From positions 1-45,357 of the forward strand of contig JAZLAA010000143.1 of assembly GCA_045612945.1 (NCBI GenBank): a DNA stretch of 45,357 bases, written 5' to 3'. This DNA is from Elusimicrobiaceae bacterium. Its GTDB lineage: Bacteria > Elusimicrobiota > Elusimicrobia > Elusimicrobiales > Elusimicrobiaceae. Positions 34,012 through 43,089 of the stretch are shown piece by piece. Within the stretch, counting starts at the first letter, position 1. Every line of letters begins with the position of its first letter. The notes beneath the pieces were generated by a model. The model was not told the origin of the DNA. It made no database searches and saw only the letters and a program-made list of their open reading frames with translations. The translations under genes and the position numbers were made by a program.

Positions 34012-35088
34012 ATGCAACGCTGGATTTTTTTATTTTTAGTGATATTTTTTGGTGGGAATATCCCTATGCAGGCGCAGTGGTACCAACGCGTGGGGACGGC
34101 TTTTCAGCGTTTGCAACGAGGGCCTATCAAACATTCTTTCCAAAAATTGGACACCTATCTCACCCGTTCTGCCGAAATGGAAATGTTATCAAAAGAGCGA
34201 TTGCAGTACAGTGTGTTGGAGTTAGTGGAAAAAGGGGGTTGCCCTAAATGCTTGGAAATTCCAGTAGGAACAGCGTTTGTATTTGAAGAAAATTTACAAG
34301 GCCACCGCCAGTTGTGGGGGATAACAGCGGCTCATTACCATTTAAAAACCCCCGCGGTACGGGAACCATACGCAACCCGTTTATTTGATATACACCCCGT
34401 GGCGGTGGGGGGCTCATCTTATACGGATTTGATGTTATTCCCACTACCGCAAGAGATAAGCCAAAAAGTAACGGCGTTGCCACTAGCACCCCAATCGCCC
34501 AAGCCGAAAGAACAGGTATATTCTGCTGGATTTTATAGCGACGGTTTTAATGAATCCCGTGTGCGCCGGGTAAAACATGTAACGCCTGCCCGGCTTGTTA
34601 CCTCTTATGCTTTTGGTTCTTTTGTGTTACCTATAGGGGCTTGCGGTGGGCCCGTGCTTAACCAAAAGCACGAAGTGGTAGGAGTGCATTGTGGGAGTGA
34701 CCAAGCCGAAAAAAATAGTTTTGCCGTACCCGTAGAACACATTTACAAACTTGTAAATGCTTATTACCAAGGGAACAAATATACGCATCCGATCATTTTT
34801 AATGGGGAAGAACTGGCCCAACTTACCATTAACGAAAGTGTTTATTCTATAACGACCCTCAAGGACGGAGTGGTACAAAAGAAAATACGCGCCCGCGATT
34901 GTTCGGAAAAGCTAGATTATACCCATTTGGAGAATTTGCTGGATATTTCGGATGCGGATGAAGTGATTATAGAAGTACGGCGCTACCCGTTTTCTGTGGC
35001 CCAGGCAGACCAAACAGTTTATACCTCTCTTTTTATCTACACTCCCGCTGATGGGAAAGTAATGGAAATGCCGGGGTTTCCTCTTTAA
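34012..35088 (+). CDS. Secreted trypsin-fold peptidase with Cys at the nucleophile position
   Basis: Signal peptide; GTAF, ITAAH, TDLML, GACGGPVLN, VVGVH. Confidence 0.75.
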   Translation: MQRWIFLFLVIFFGGNIPMQAQWYQRVGTAFQRLQRGPIKHSFQKLDTYLTRSAEMEMLSKERLQYSVLELVEKGGCPKCLEIPVGTAFVFEENLQGHRQLWGITAAHYHLKTPAVREPYATRLFDIHPVAVGGSSYTDLMLFPLPQEISQKVTALPLAPQSPKPKEQVYSAGFYSDGFNESRVRRVKHVTPARLVTSYAFGSFVLPIGACGGPVLNQKHEVVGVHCGSDQAEKNSFAVPVEHIYKLVNAYYQGNKYTHPIIFNGEELAQLTINESVYSITTLKDGVVQKKIRARDCSEKLDYTHLENLLDISDADEVIIEVRRYPFSVAQADQTVYTSLFIYTPADGKVMEMPGFPL

Positions 35089-35126
35089 AATAACTCTTTC
35101 ATCTTCCAAAAAGCTACAATATATGT

Positions 35127-35936
35127 ATGGAATTTATAGATTCGCATGCGCATTTAACAGACCCTGCCTTTGACACAGATCGGGAGATGCTAATTTCGCA
35201 AACGATACCAAAAGCACAAATCAGTAAAAGTGTAGAAATTGCTTGTGCCCCTGAAGAATGGGGCCCTTCCTTGGCTTTGGCAGAGCAATACCCGCAGATG
35301 ATTGTGCCCGTGTTGGGAATCCACCCAGAGTATGCCTCTCGGTTTACCCCTCAGGTGCTTACCCGGTTTGTCCATTATTTAAAAGACCCACGCGTAGCGG
35401 CAGTGGGGGAAGTAGGGCTGGATTATACCTGTTTAGAAACGGCAGACAAACCTGCCCAGCAGGCGTTGCTGGCGGCTATGATTGAGCAGGCCAATACCGC
35501 CCGGCTGCCTTTAGTTCTTCATGTGCGGCGGGTGGGCGAAGATTTTGCTGCGTATGACGATACTTTTGGGATGATTCAACAATGCTGGAAGCAAACCGTT
35601 TCCCGCCCTTACAGCGGGGTACTTCATTGTTTTTGTGCCCGGTATGAAGAGGCCAAAAAAGCGTTGGATAAAGGCCTGTTATTGGGAATTAACGGTTGTT
35701 TTACGTATAAAAAGAATGAATACGTACGCGAAGCGGTTAAAAAAGTGGGGCTACACCACCTTATTTTGGAAACAGATTGCCCTTACTTATCCCCCCAAGG
35801 TAAACGCGGAACCCGCAACGATCCATCTAACATCCCGCTAATTGCCCAGTTTGTGGCTGATTATCTACAAGTTCCTTTGGAACAATTGGCCGAAGAAACT
35901 ACCCATCAAACAAAATTATTGTACGGACTGGTTTAA
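35127..35936 (+). CDS. tatD: TatD-family metal-dependent DNase
   Basis: IDSHAH, GIHP, AVGEVGLDY, VLHCF, LETDCPYL. Confidence 0.93.
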   Translation: MEFIDSHAHLTDPAFDTDREMLISQTIPKAQISKSVEIACAPEEWGPSLALAEQYPQMIVPVLGIHPEYASRFTPQVLTRFVHYLKDPRVAAVGEVGLDYTCLETADKPAQQALLAAMIEQANTARLPLVLHVRRVGEDFAAYDDTFGMIQQCWKQTVSRPYSGVLHCFCARYEEAKKALDKGLLLGINGCFTYKKNEYVREAVKKVGLHHLILETDCPYLSPQGKRGTRNDPSNIPLIAQFVADYLQVPLEQLAEETTHQTKLLYGLV

Positions 35937-35966
35937 ATTTGTTATAGTGTGACAAAGGGGAGTGTT

Positions 35967-36926
35967 ATGAAAAAATATCTTTTGTTACTTTTAAGTGTTA
36001 TTTTAGTAGGGGCGTGTTCTTCTGAAAATAACGAAAAAGCACACGCTTATTGGACGAAACAAAAAAACGCCATCGTACAAAAAGGAGGCTTGCCTGCCCC
36101 GGTATTACAGGCACTGGGCGCGCAGAGCAGCGTTTCTGAAGAAGATGTTAAAGCCTTTGAAGAAATGATGTCTGAGTGGGAAAAACAAAATCCCTCTTCT
36201 TTGCCGGCTGTTGCCCAACCGGTGGAAAAAGCCCCTGCTACGGCAACGGTTAATAAGGCTCCCCGTCAAATAGAAGCAGTATTGATCGTCAGTTCTACCT
36301 GCGGCTGGTGTCAACGTCTGAAACAAGATCGTTGGGCAGACAAATTTCGTCAAAAATACAAAGGGCAAATCCGGCTAACCGAGTATGACGTAAACGAACA
36401 CCCGGACCGTACCCTTTTAAACAAATTGATGCGAAAACATAAAATGACCTCTGTGGGAACCCCTACCTTGTTTTTGGGAAATTCCGTAGTTCAAGGATAT
36501 CCCCTAAGCGAGGCCGATGAAGCGGCCCAGAAAGAAATTTCCAAATTGGGGCTCAATAACCTTCCGGCGCGCGGTTCAGGCCGAGGGTCTGTAACCAACG
36601 GGTCTTTTATGGAAATTACCTTGGATGATTCTCCCATTACTACCGGCAAAGGCAAGGCTTCTGCGCAAGACCGCCAGGCCATGGCGCGTGCGTTAGAAAA
36701 AATACAGCAAGACAACCAAAAGACGTTGCAGGATATTGGCGTGGCCTTTGGGCGGGAAACCCAGGCAGATGCTTTTGCGATTATTAGCAATTCAGAAAAA
36801 GCCATGAAGCGTGCCGCCGGAGAAAGTGATTCTTTGGCTGATTATTTAAAAGCTCAACGCGATTTGCTTAAACAACAAGAACGAGACTTAAACCAGCTCA
36901 TGCAAAACAACGCTTGGCGTATTTAG
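35967..36926 (+). CDS. Lipoprotein with thioredoxin/glutaredoxin-like domain (start revised to MKKYLL)
   Basis: Lipobox VGAC; CGWC motif; GTPTLF cis-Pro loop; helical C-terminus. Confidence 0.8.
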   Translation: MKKYLLLLLSVILVGACSSENNEKAHAYWTKQKNAIVQKGGLPAPVLQALGAQSSVSEEDVKAFEEMMSEWEKQNPSSLPAVAQPVEKAPATATVNKAPRQIEAVLIVSSTCGWCQRLKQDRWADKFRQKYKGQIRLTEYDVNEHPDRTLLNKLMRKHKMTSVGTPTLFLGNSVVQGYPLSEADEAAQKEISKLGLNNLPARGSGRGSVTNGSFMEITLDDSPITTGKGKASAQDRQAMARALEKIQQDNQKTLQDIGVAFGRETQADAFAIISNSEKAMKRAAGESDSLADYLKAQRDLLKQQERDLNQLMQNNAWRI

Positions 36927-36930
36927 AACC

Positions 36931-37239
36931 ATGAGAAAAGTTCTTTGGATTTTACTGGGTGTTGGGTTGTTGGTTTGTGTAGCCGGGTACGGTGGTTACC
37001 GTGTGTTTGAGCAACGCTTAATTCAAATGGAGTTGCGGGCGGATTTGCATGCGTCCGGCGGATTTATTCAAACGGTTCAACATTCCGGCTTAAAAAATAC
37101 ACACATCCAAGCTATTGTTTCGCAGGAAGAAACCTTTATGAAGCAGTTGCAAGAGGCGGCCCGTCAAAGCAGTACCTTGACCCAATACCAGCGTAAAAAA
37201 GAGATTCTCCTGACAAACAAGCCGCCCTTGCCAAGATAA
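36931..37239 (+). CDS. Hypothetical membrane-anchored protein
   Basis: N-terminal TM helix; C-terminus resembles the C-terminal helix of the upstream lipoprotein. Confidence 0.7.
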   Translation: MRKVLWILLGVGLLVCVAGYGGYRVFEQRLIQMELRADLHASGGFIQTVQHSGLKNTHIQAIVSQEETFMKQLQEAARQSSTLTQYQRKKEILLTNKPPLPR

Positions 37240-37250
37240 ATTTTTAGTAG

Positions 37251-37290
37251 AACAAGAATCCCGGTGCCAGGCGCCGGGATTCTTGTTTTT
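37251..37290 (+). terminator. Intrinsic terminator
   Basis: AACAAGAATCCCGG/CCGGGATTCTTGTT stem plus T-run; overlaps the cassette-3 -35 box. Confidence 0.85.
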
Positions 37291-37311
37291 GCAGGGCAAG
37301 TTTATTATACT
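37283..37311 (+). promoter_or_regulatory. Sigma70-type promoter of pilin cassette 3
   Basis: TTGTTT-17 nt-TATACT. Confidence 0.65.
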
Positions 37312-37317
37312 ATAGTT

Positions 37318-37577
37318 ACAATTTGATCTGTTTTTGGAACCGTATGTAGAATACGGAGGACTTTTGATTCAAAAGTTTTATGCGAGTCCAAAGACAGCCG
37401 ATTTAGGCGCACGAAGGCGACGGCCGACGTGTGCCCAGTGTTTGCCTTTTCGCGTTATGCGAAATAGGCAAACCACGGCTGTTCCTCTAGGGTTCACTCG
37501 CATAGACTTTGGTGGTTCGGCCGTTTTTCATAGGTTCCTCTGGCAGTTAAATTGAAATTGAACAAAAGGAGTAACTT
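37318..37577 (+). ncRNA. Candidate structured leader RNA, copy 3
   Basis: Same conserved blocks and helices as copies 1 and 2. Confidence 0.75.
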
Positions 37578-38072
37578 ATGAAAAACCAAACAAGAGGGTT
37601 TACCCTCATAGAGTTGTTAGTAGTTGTGTTAATCGTTGGTATTTTAGCGGCAGTAGCGGTGCCGCAGTACCAAAAAGCCGTGGAAAAGAGCCGGTTAGCC
37701 GAAGTATGGGCCAACTTAAATGCCTTGCACAAAGCCGCCGCTACCATGGAAATGACCACAGGACTAGATGTGTGGGGAGAAGAAAACGCTCCCAAACTCA
37801 ACGAGTTGGATGTGGAGCTTACCGGATTTTCAAGTTGCCATTTGGTAAGCGGGAATTCAATGTGTTGGACAGCGTGCCCTTCCGTTGGATGGCGCAATTG
37901 CTTTTATGAAGTGGCCGGAACAGGTGTTAGGCGTTTTGGTTTTGATAAAAACAATAACTACATAGACCTTTCCATCTCGCGTGACGGCAAACGGTCTTGT
38001 AGTGCCAGCAAAGGTGTGTGCAATCAGCTAGGAATGTGTGCTGCTAACGAAACGTCATGTGATTTAGATTAA
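37578..38072 (+). CDS. Type IV pilin-like protein (PilE-like) 3
   Basis: RG|[24 protein letters not shown]; 8-Cys variable head. Confidence 0.93.
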   Translation: MKNQTRGFTLIELLVVVLIVGILAAVAVPQYQKAVEKSRLAEVWANLNALHKAAATMEMTTGLDVWGEENAPKLNELDVELTGFSSCHLVSGNSMCWTACPSVGWRNCFYEVAGTGVRRFGFDKNNNYIDLSISRDGKRSCSASKGVCNQLGMCAANETSCDLD

Positions 38073-38077
38073 CTGGT

Positions 38078-38105
38078 GGGGCACGAAAAAGTGCCCCTAT
38101 TTTTT
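38078..38105 (+). terminator. Intrinsic terminator after pilin 3
   Basis: GGGGCAC-GAAAAA-GTGCCCC-TATTTTT. Confidence 0.75.
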
Positions 38106-38175
38106 CTGCCCGGCATTGCCGTAAATTTGCTAAAATAAAAATAAGTTCTTTTATTTTATTTTTTGAGGGAGCTTT

Positions 38176-38583
38176 ATGAGCAACCGCAGACAAGCCCGCG
38201 AATGTGCGCTTCAAACTCTTTATTACGCCGATAGTGCCAACCTGGCACCCGAGGTTACCGCCAAATATTTAGCCCAATTTAAAGGGGAACTTGCCGAATG
38301 TTTCCCATTTTGTGAAGATTTAGTGCACGGCACTTCCCAGTATTTGCCCCGCATTGATAAAACCGTTTCTGCGTATGCTAAAAATTGGACGGTGGCGCGT
38401 ATGTCAGCTGTGGACCGTTCCATTTTGCGTATGGCTGCTTATGAAATTTTATTTAGTAAAGACCGTGCGCCCGTTCCTGCCATTATTGACGAGGCCATAG
38501 AACTGGCCAAAAAATTCTCTACCGAAAATTCCAGCAAGTTTATTAATGGTTTGTTAGACCAGCTTAAAAAAGAACGCCGTTAG
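38176..38583 (+). CDS. nusB: Transcription antitermination factor NusB
   Basis: RRQARECALQTLY, VDRSILR, IDEAIELAKKFS, FINGLLD. Confidence 0.96.
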   Translation: MSNRRQARECALQTLYYADSANLAPEVTAKYLAQFKGELAECFPFCEDLVHGTSQYLPRIDKTVSAYAKNWTVARMSAVDRSILRMAAYEILFSKDRAPVPAIIDEAIELAKKFSTENSSKFINGLLDQLKKERR

Positions 38584-38595
38584 CCGGGGGGAACT

Positions 38596-40578
38596 ATGTA
38601 CCCCAAAGACGAGATTGAGCAACTTAAAAAAATTATCAATCACCACAATCATTTGTATTATGATTTGGACAATCCCGTCTTGTCAGATACCCAATATGAC
38701 GAGCTGTACCAAAAACTTAAACACTTAGAAACCCAATATCCGCAATTTCGCACCCCGGATTCCCCTACCCAGCGTGTAGGCGGCAAAGCCAGCCGCACTT
38801 TGGCCCCCATTACACACCGTGTGCCGATGATGTCGTTGGACAATTCATACAATGCCGATGACATCCGCGCCTGGCACGAACGCACTGCTAAAGCACTGCA
38901 AACCGATACGTTTGAGATGGTGATAGAAGCCAAGATAGACGGGGTGTCTTGCTCGCTTACGTACGAGAACGGGCAACTGGTACAAGCAGCCAGCCGCGGG
39001 GACGGGAAAATTGGCGAGGATATTACCGCCAATGTACGCACCATTCAAAGTATTCCCCACACGCTAAAAGATCCGGTGCCGGGTACATTGGAAATCCGCG
39101 GCGAAGTTTATTTAGAAAAACAAGATTTGGAAGTTTTGAATCAAGCCCAGCAAGCCAAAAACGAAAATACCTTTGCCAACACCCGCAATGCAGCAGCCGG
39201 ATTTTTACGCCATAAAAACGCCCAAGAAGTAGCCACGCGCCCCCTTAAGTTTTTTGCTCACTCGTTTGGCGCGGGCGAAATTGCCGTTTCCTCTTTTAGT
39301 GAGTTTATAGCATGTTGCACCCACTGGGGGTTTGCGGTGGGTCCGGTGCGTACAAAAACTATCCATATAGAAGAGGTCATTTCTTTTTACAACCAATTTA
39401 ACACTACCCGCCATGAACTGCCGTTTGATGTAGATGGTTTGGTAGTCAAAGTAAACGCGTTTGAACAACAACAATTTTTGGGGGCCACGGCTAAGAGCCC
39501 CCGTTGGGCTATTGCGTTTAAATACCCGGCCCCGCAAGCTACCACTACGCTAAACAAGGTTACGTTTTCTGTAGGGCGTTCAGGCATTATTACCCCAGTG
39601 GCAGAACTGGAACCCGTGCCGGTAGGGGGGGTGGTCATTTCCAACGCTACCTTGCATAATTTTGATGAAATCAAACGCTTGGGTGTACGTGTGGGGGACC
39701 GCGTCATTGTAGAACGTGCGGGGGAAGTAATCCCCAAAATTGTCAAAGTGGTGGAACAGCGGGGTACGCAAGAAATTGTACCGCCTGCGGTTTGCCCAGC
39801 TTGCGGCGGTAAAGTATATCAAGAAGCGGGGGAAGTGGGGTATTATTGTGTGAACCCTTCTTGCCCGGCCCAGTTGCGGGCGCGGCTATTACACTTTGCG
39901 TCGCGCGATGCGATGGATATTGACGGGCTGGGTGATGCGATTATGGATCAGCTGTTGGAACGGAAATTTATTGCCGATTTTGCCGATATTTACAAACTTA
40001 CGTTCTTCCACGTGCTCAACCTAGAAAATTTTAAAGATAAAAAAGCCCAAAATTTGCTTAATGCCATAGAAGCCAGCAAGCAAAAGCCGCTTGCTAAATT
40101 GCTGTTTGCGCTGGGGATTGGGTTTGTGGGTGAAAAAACGGCCGAAATTTTGGCCGACCGTTTTCATACGCTAGATGCCTTAAAGGCGGCCTCGTTAGAA
40201 GAATTGCAAAGTATCCGCGAAGTGGGGGAAATTGTTTCCCAAAGTGTATATGATTTTTTTCGCGACCCGCGTGCTCTTGCCCAAATAGAACTATTGCGCC
40301 AGGCAGGGCTAAACTTCACACAGCCCCAAAAAGCACTTTCCGGCAATGTGTTGGAAGGGAAAACCCTTGTGTTTACCGGCGAATTGCAAACCTTAACCCG
40401 CTCTGATGCACAACGCTTGGCCAAACAATATGGTGGGCATGCCAGCGGGAGTGTATCCAAAAAAACATCTTTTGTGGTAGCGGGCGAAAATGCCGGTAGC
40501 AAACTGCGTAAAGCTACAGAATTGGGCGTGCCCGTGATGACAGAAGCCGAATTTTTAAAACTAATCGGCAAGGCGTAA
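38596..40578 (+). CDS. ligA: NAD-dependent DNA ligase
   Basis: EAKIDG (KxDG), EIRGEVY, DGLVVK, Zn finger CPACG..C..C, C-terminal BRCT. Confidence 0.98.
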   Translation: MYPKDEIEQLKKIINHHNHLYYDLDNPVLSDTQYDELYQKLKHLETQYPQFRTPDSPTQRVGGKASRTLAPITHRVPMMSLDNSYNADDIRAWHERTAKALQTDTFEMVIEAKIDGVSCSLTYENGQLVQAASRGDGKIGEDITANVRTIQSIPHTLKDPVPGTLEIRGEVYLEKQDLEVLNQAQQAKNENTFANTRNAAAGFLRHKNAQEVATRPLKFFAHSFGAGEIAVSSFSEFIACCTHWGFAVGPVRTKTIHIEEVISFYNQFNTTRHELPFDVDGLVVKVNAFEQQQFLGATAKSPRWAIAFKYPAPQATTTLNKVTFSVGRSGIITPVAELEPVPVGGVVISNATLHNFDEIKRLGVRVGDRVIVERAGEVIPKIVKVVEQRGTQEIVPPAVCPACGGKVYQEAGEVGYYCVNPSCPAQLRARLLHFASRDAMDIDGLGDAIMDQLLERKFIADFADIYKLTFFHVLNLENFKDKKAQNLLNAIEASKQKPLAKLLFALGIGFVGEKTAEILADRFHTLDALKAASLEELQSIREVGEIVSQSVYDFFRDPRALAQIELLRQAGLNFTQPQKALSGNVLEGKTLVFTGELQTLTRSDAQRLAKQYGGHASGSVSKKTSFVVAGENAGSKLRKATELGVPVMTEAEFLKLIGKA

Positions 40579-40721
40579 GGGCTGATTAGAAAATCCATAA
40601 ACATAGTAGCTATTTTGGGCATTTCAAAAATATGTTGCGTTGGAAGCGGCTTGTACAAAAAACAAGAAAATTTGTATAATACATCTATCTAAATTATATT
40701 TTTAGGCAAGAGTTAAACAAA

Positions 40722-42125
40722 ATGGTAGCCAAAAATAGAAGTATTCTAATCCTCGCGGCCGGTAAAGGCACGCGGATGAAATCCAATCTCCCCAAGCCGC
40801 TCCATACTGTGTGCGGATACCCGATTTTGGCCCATATTTTACGTGCCGCCCAACAATTAAATCCAGCAGGGATTGGCATTGTTATTGGGCACGGGGCCGA
40901 GCAAGTTAAAGAAACCGTTTTAACGCAAAAATCCACCTGGGGTATTACCGCCCCGGTGGAATTTTTTATGCAATCAGAACTTGCTGGGTCCGGTTCGGCT
41001 GTGAAAGCCGCCCTTCCTTTTTTACAAAAACAAGAGTCCGTGCTAGTGTTAGCCGGGGATACGCCCTTATTAAAAGCCCAAACGCTGGAGCAAATGTATG
41101 TGTCTTTTGAAGCGGCTAAAGCCGGGGCGTTGGTGTTAGCTGTAAAAGTGCCTAATCCGGCCGGTTATGGGCGCATTGTGCGCGGGGCCCAGAACGAATT
41201 TAAAGCCATTGTAGAAGATGCTGACGCGGATGAGAAAACCAAACAAATTAATGAAATTAATAGTGGCATGTATGTTTTTAACAGCCAGGCTTTACAACAA
41301 GCACTTTTAAAATTAACTCCGCAAGGGCCTAAGCACGAATACTATTTAACCGATACGCTTTCTCTGATACAAAACGCCGGGTTGCCCGTAACTGTGTTTA
41401 CCAGTACCGATTTTGAACAAGCCCTAGGTGTAAACAGCCGCGTGCAATTGGCTCAAGCAGCGCAAATTATGCGTGCGCATATTAACCAGGTTCACATGGA
41501 TAACGGCGTTACGCTAATTAACCCGCAAGATACCTATATTGATGCGGGGGTACAAATCGGCGCAGACACCGTAATTGCTTCGGGCTGTTATTTACTGGGT
41601 AACACAAAAATCGGTTCTAACTGTACGTTGGAAAGCAGTGTGTATATTGCTAATTCTACGATTGCCGATAATGTTGTTTTAAAATTAGGTACATACATTG
41701 AAGAAAGCGACGTGGCAGAAACCTGCCAATTAGGGCCGTACGCGCACCTGCGTCCCAAATCGGTGCTTAAAAAGGGTGCCAAAGTAGGCAATTTTTCCGA
41801 AATAAAAAAAGCCGTCATTGGGGAAGGTTCCAAAGTGAACCATTTAAGTTATATTGGCGATACGCAAATGGGCGCCGGGGTTAACGTAGGCGCGGGAACT
41901 ATTACTTGTAATTATGACGGCAAAAACAAACACACTACGGTTATTGAAGATCATGTGTTTGTAGGGTCTAACGTGAATTTTGTGGCACCGGTAACGGTGC
42001 ACGAATATGCAAAAATCGGCGCGGGGTCAACCATTACCAAGGAAGTAGCTTGCCAAGGTTTGGCTATTGCCCGTGCGCGCCAGGTTGTTTTAGAAAACAA
42101 AGGTGTGAAAAAAGAACATGACTAA
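40722..42125 (+). CDS. glmU: Bifunctional GlcNAc-1-P uridyltransferase/acetyltransferase
   Basis: LAAGKGTRMKS, GYGRI, EYYLTD, hexapeptide repeats, NYDG. Confidence 0.98.
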   Translation: MVAKNRSILILAAGKGTRMKSNLPKPLHTVCGYPILAHILRAAQQLNPAGIGIVIGHGAEQVKETVLTQKSTWGITAPVEFFMQSELAGSGSAVKAALPFLQKQESVLVLAGDTPLLKAQTLEQMYVSFEAAKAGALVLAVKVPNPAGYGRIVRGAQNEFKAIVEDADADEKTKQINEINSGMYVFNSQALQQALLKLTPQGPKHEYYLTDTLSLIQNAGLPVTVFTSTDFEQALGVNSRVQLAQAAQIMRAHINQVHMDNGVTLINPQDTYIDAGVQIGADTVIASGCYLLGNTKIGSNCTLESSVYIANSTIADNVVLKLGTYIEESDVAETCQLGPYAHLRPKSVLKKGAKVGNFSEIKKAVIGEGSKVNHLSYIGDTQMGAGVNVGAGTITCNYDGKNKHTTVIEDHVFVGSNVNFVAPVTVHEYAKIGAGSTITKEVACQGLAIARARQVVLENKGVKKEHD

Positions 42126-43062
42126 AAGTGTAAACGGAGACTTGCGTATCTTCTCTGGCAATGCCAACCTGGCACTGGCCCAAAAAATTGCGGAACATTT
42201 AAATATGGAGCTGGGCAAATTGCACGTAGAACGCTTTGCCGATGGCGAAGTGGATGTGCAGATTTTGGAATCGGTCCGCGCGCACGACTGCTATATTATC
42301 CAGCCCACGTGCCCGCCAGTCAATGAAAATTTGATGGAACTTTTAATTATGATTGATGCGTTTAAACGCGCCAGTGCGGGCAAAATTACGGCCGTGATTC
42401 CTTATTTCGGTTATGCCCGGGCCGACCGCAAGTCTTCCCCGCGGGTGCCCATTACTGCCAAACTAGCTTGCAACTTGATTACACAAGCTGGGGCCGACCG
42501 CGTGATGGCTATTGACCTGCACGCTGGGCAAATCCAGGGATTTTTTGATATTCCGGTGGATCACTTGCGTGCCCGCAAAGTATTTTTGGACTATTTTCAA
42601 GATTTCAAACGCGAAGACTTGGTAGTTATTTCCCCGGACGTGGGCGGGGTGGAGCGCGCCCGTAAATTTGCCGCCAAGCTGGATGTGGGGCTGGTAATTA
42701 TTGATAAACGTCGCCCCAAACCCAATGAAGCGGTAGTTTATAACGTGATTGGGGATGTAAAAGATAAGGTTTGTATCATTTTTGATGATATTGTAGATAC
42801 CGCGGGTACGTTAACCACCGTTGCCAACAAAATTAAGGAACAAGGTGCGCGTGAAATTTATGCGGTATGTGCGCATGGGCTTTTGTCGCGCAATGCGTTG
42901 GAGCGGATAAATAATTCAGAAATTAAAAAACTGATTATTACCGATTCGCTCCCCGTGCGGGATTTGGGCCCTAAAGTAGAAACGCTGTCTGTAGCACACA
43001 TTTTAGCGGATGCTATTCAACGCAACCACGATGGCCAATCCATCAGTGGTATGTTTAACTAA
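42118..43062 (+). CDS. prs: Ribose-phosphate pyrophosphokinase
   Basis: FADGE, PYFGYARADRK, DLHAGQIQGFF, DDIVDTAGT. Confidence 0.98.
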   Translation: MTKSVNGDLRIFSGNANLALAQKIAEHLNMELGKLHVERFADGEVDVQILESVRAHDCYIIQPTCPPVNENLMELLIMIDAFKRASAGKITAVIPYFGYARADRKSSPRVPITAKLACNLITQAGADRVMAIDLHAGQIQGFFDIPVDHLRARKVFLDYFQDFKREDLVVISPDVGGVERARKFAAKLDVGLVIIDKRRPKPNEAVVYNVIGDVKDKVCIIFDDIVDTAGTLTTVANKIKEQGAREIYAVCAHGLLSRNALERINNSEIKKLIITDSLPVRDLGPKVETLSVAHILADAIQRNHDGQSISGMFN

Positions 43063-43089
43063 ATTTAAAATACTTGGAGGATTAGTAAG

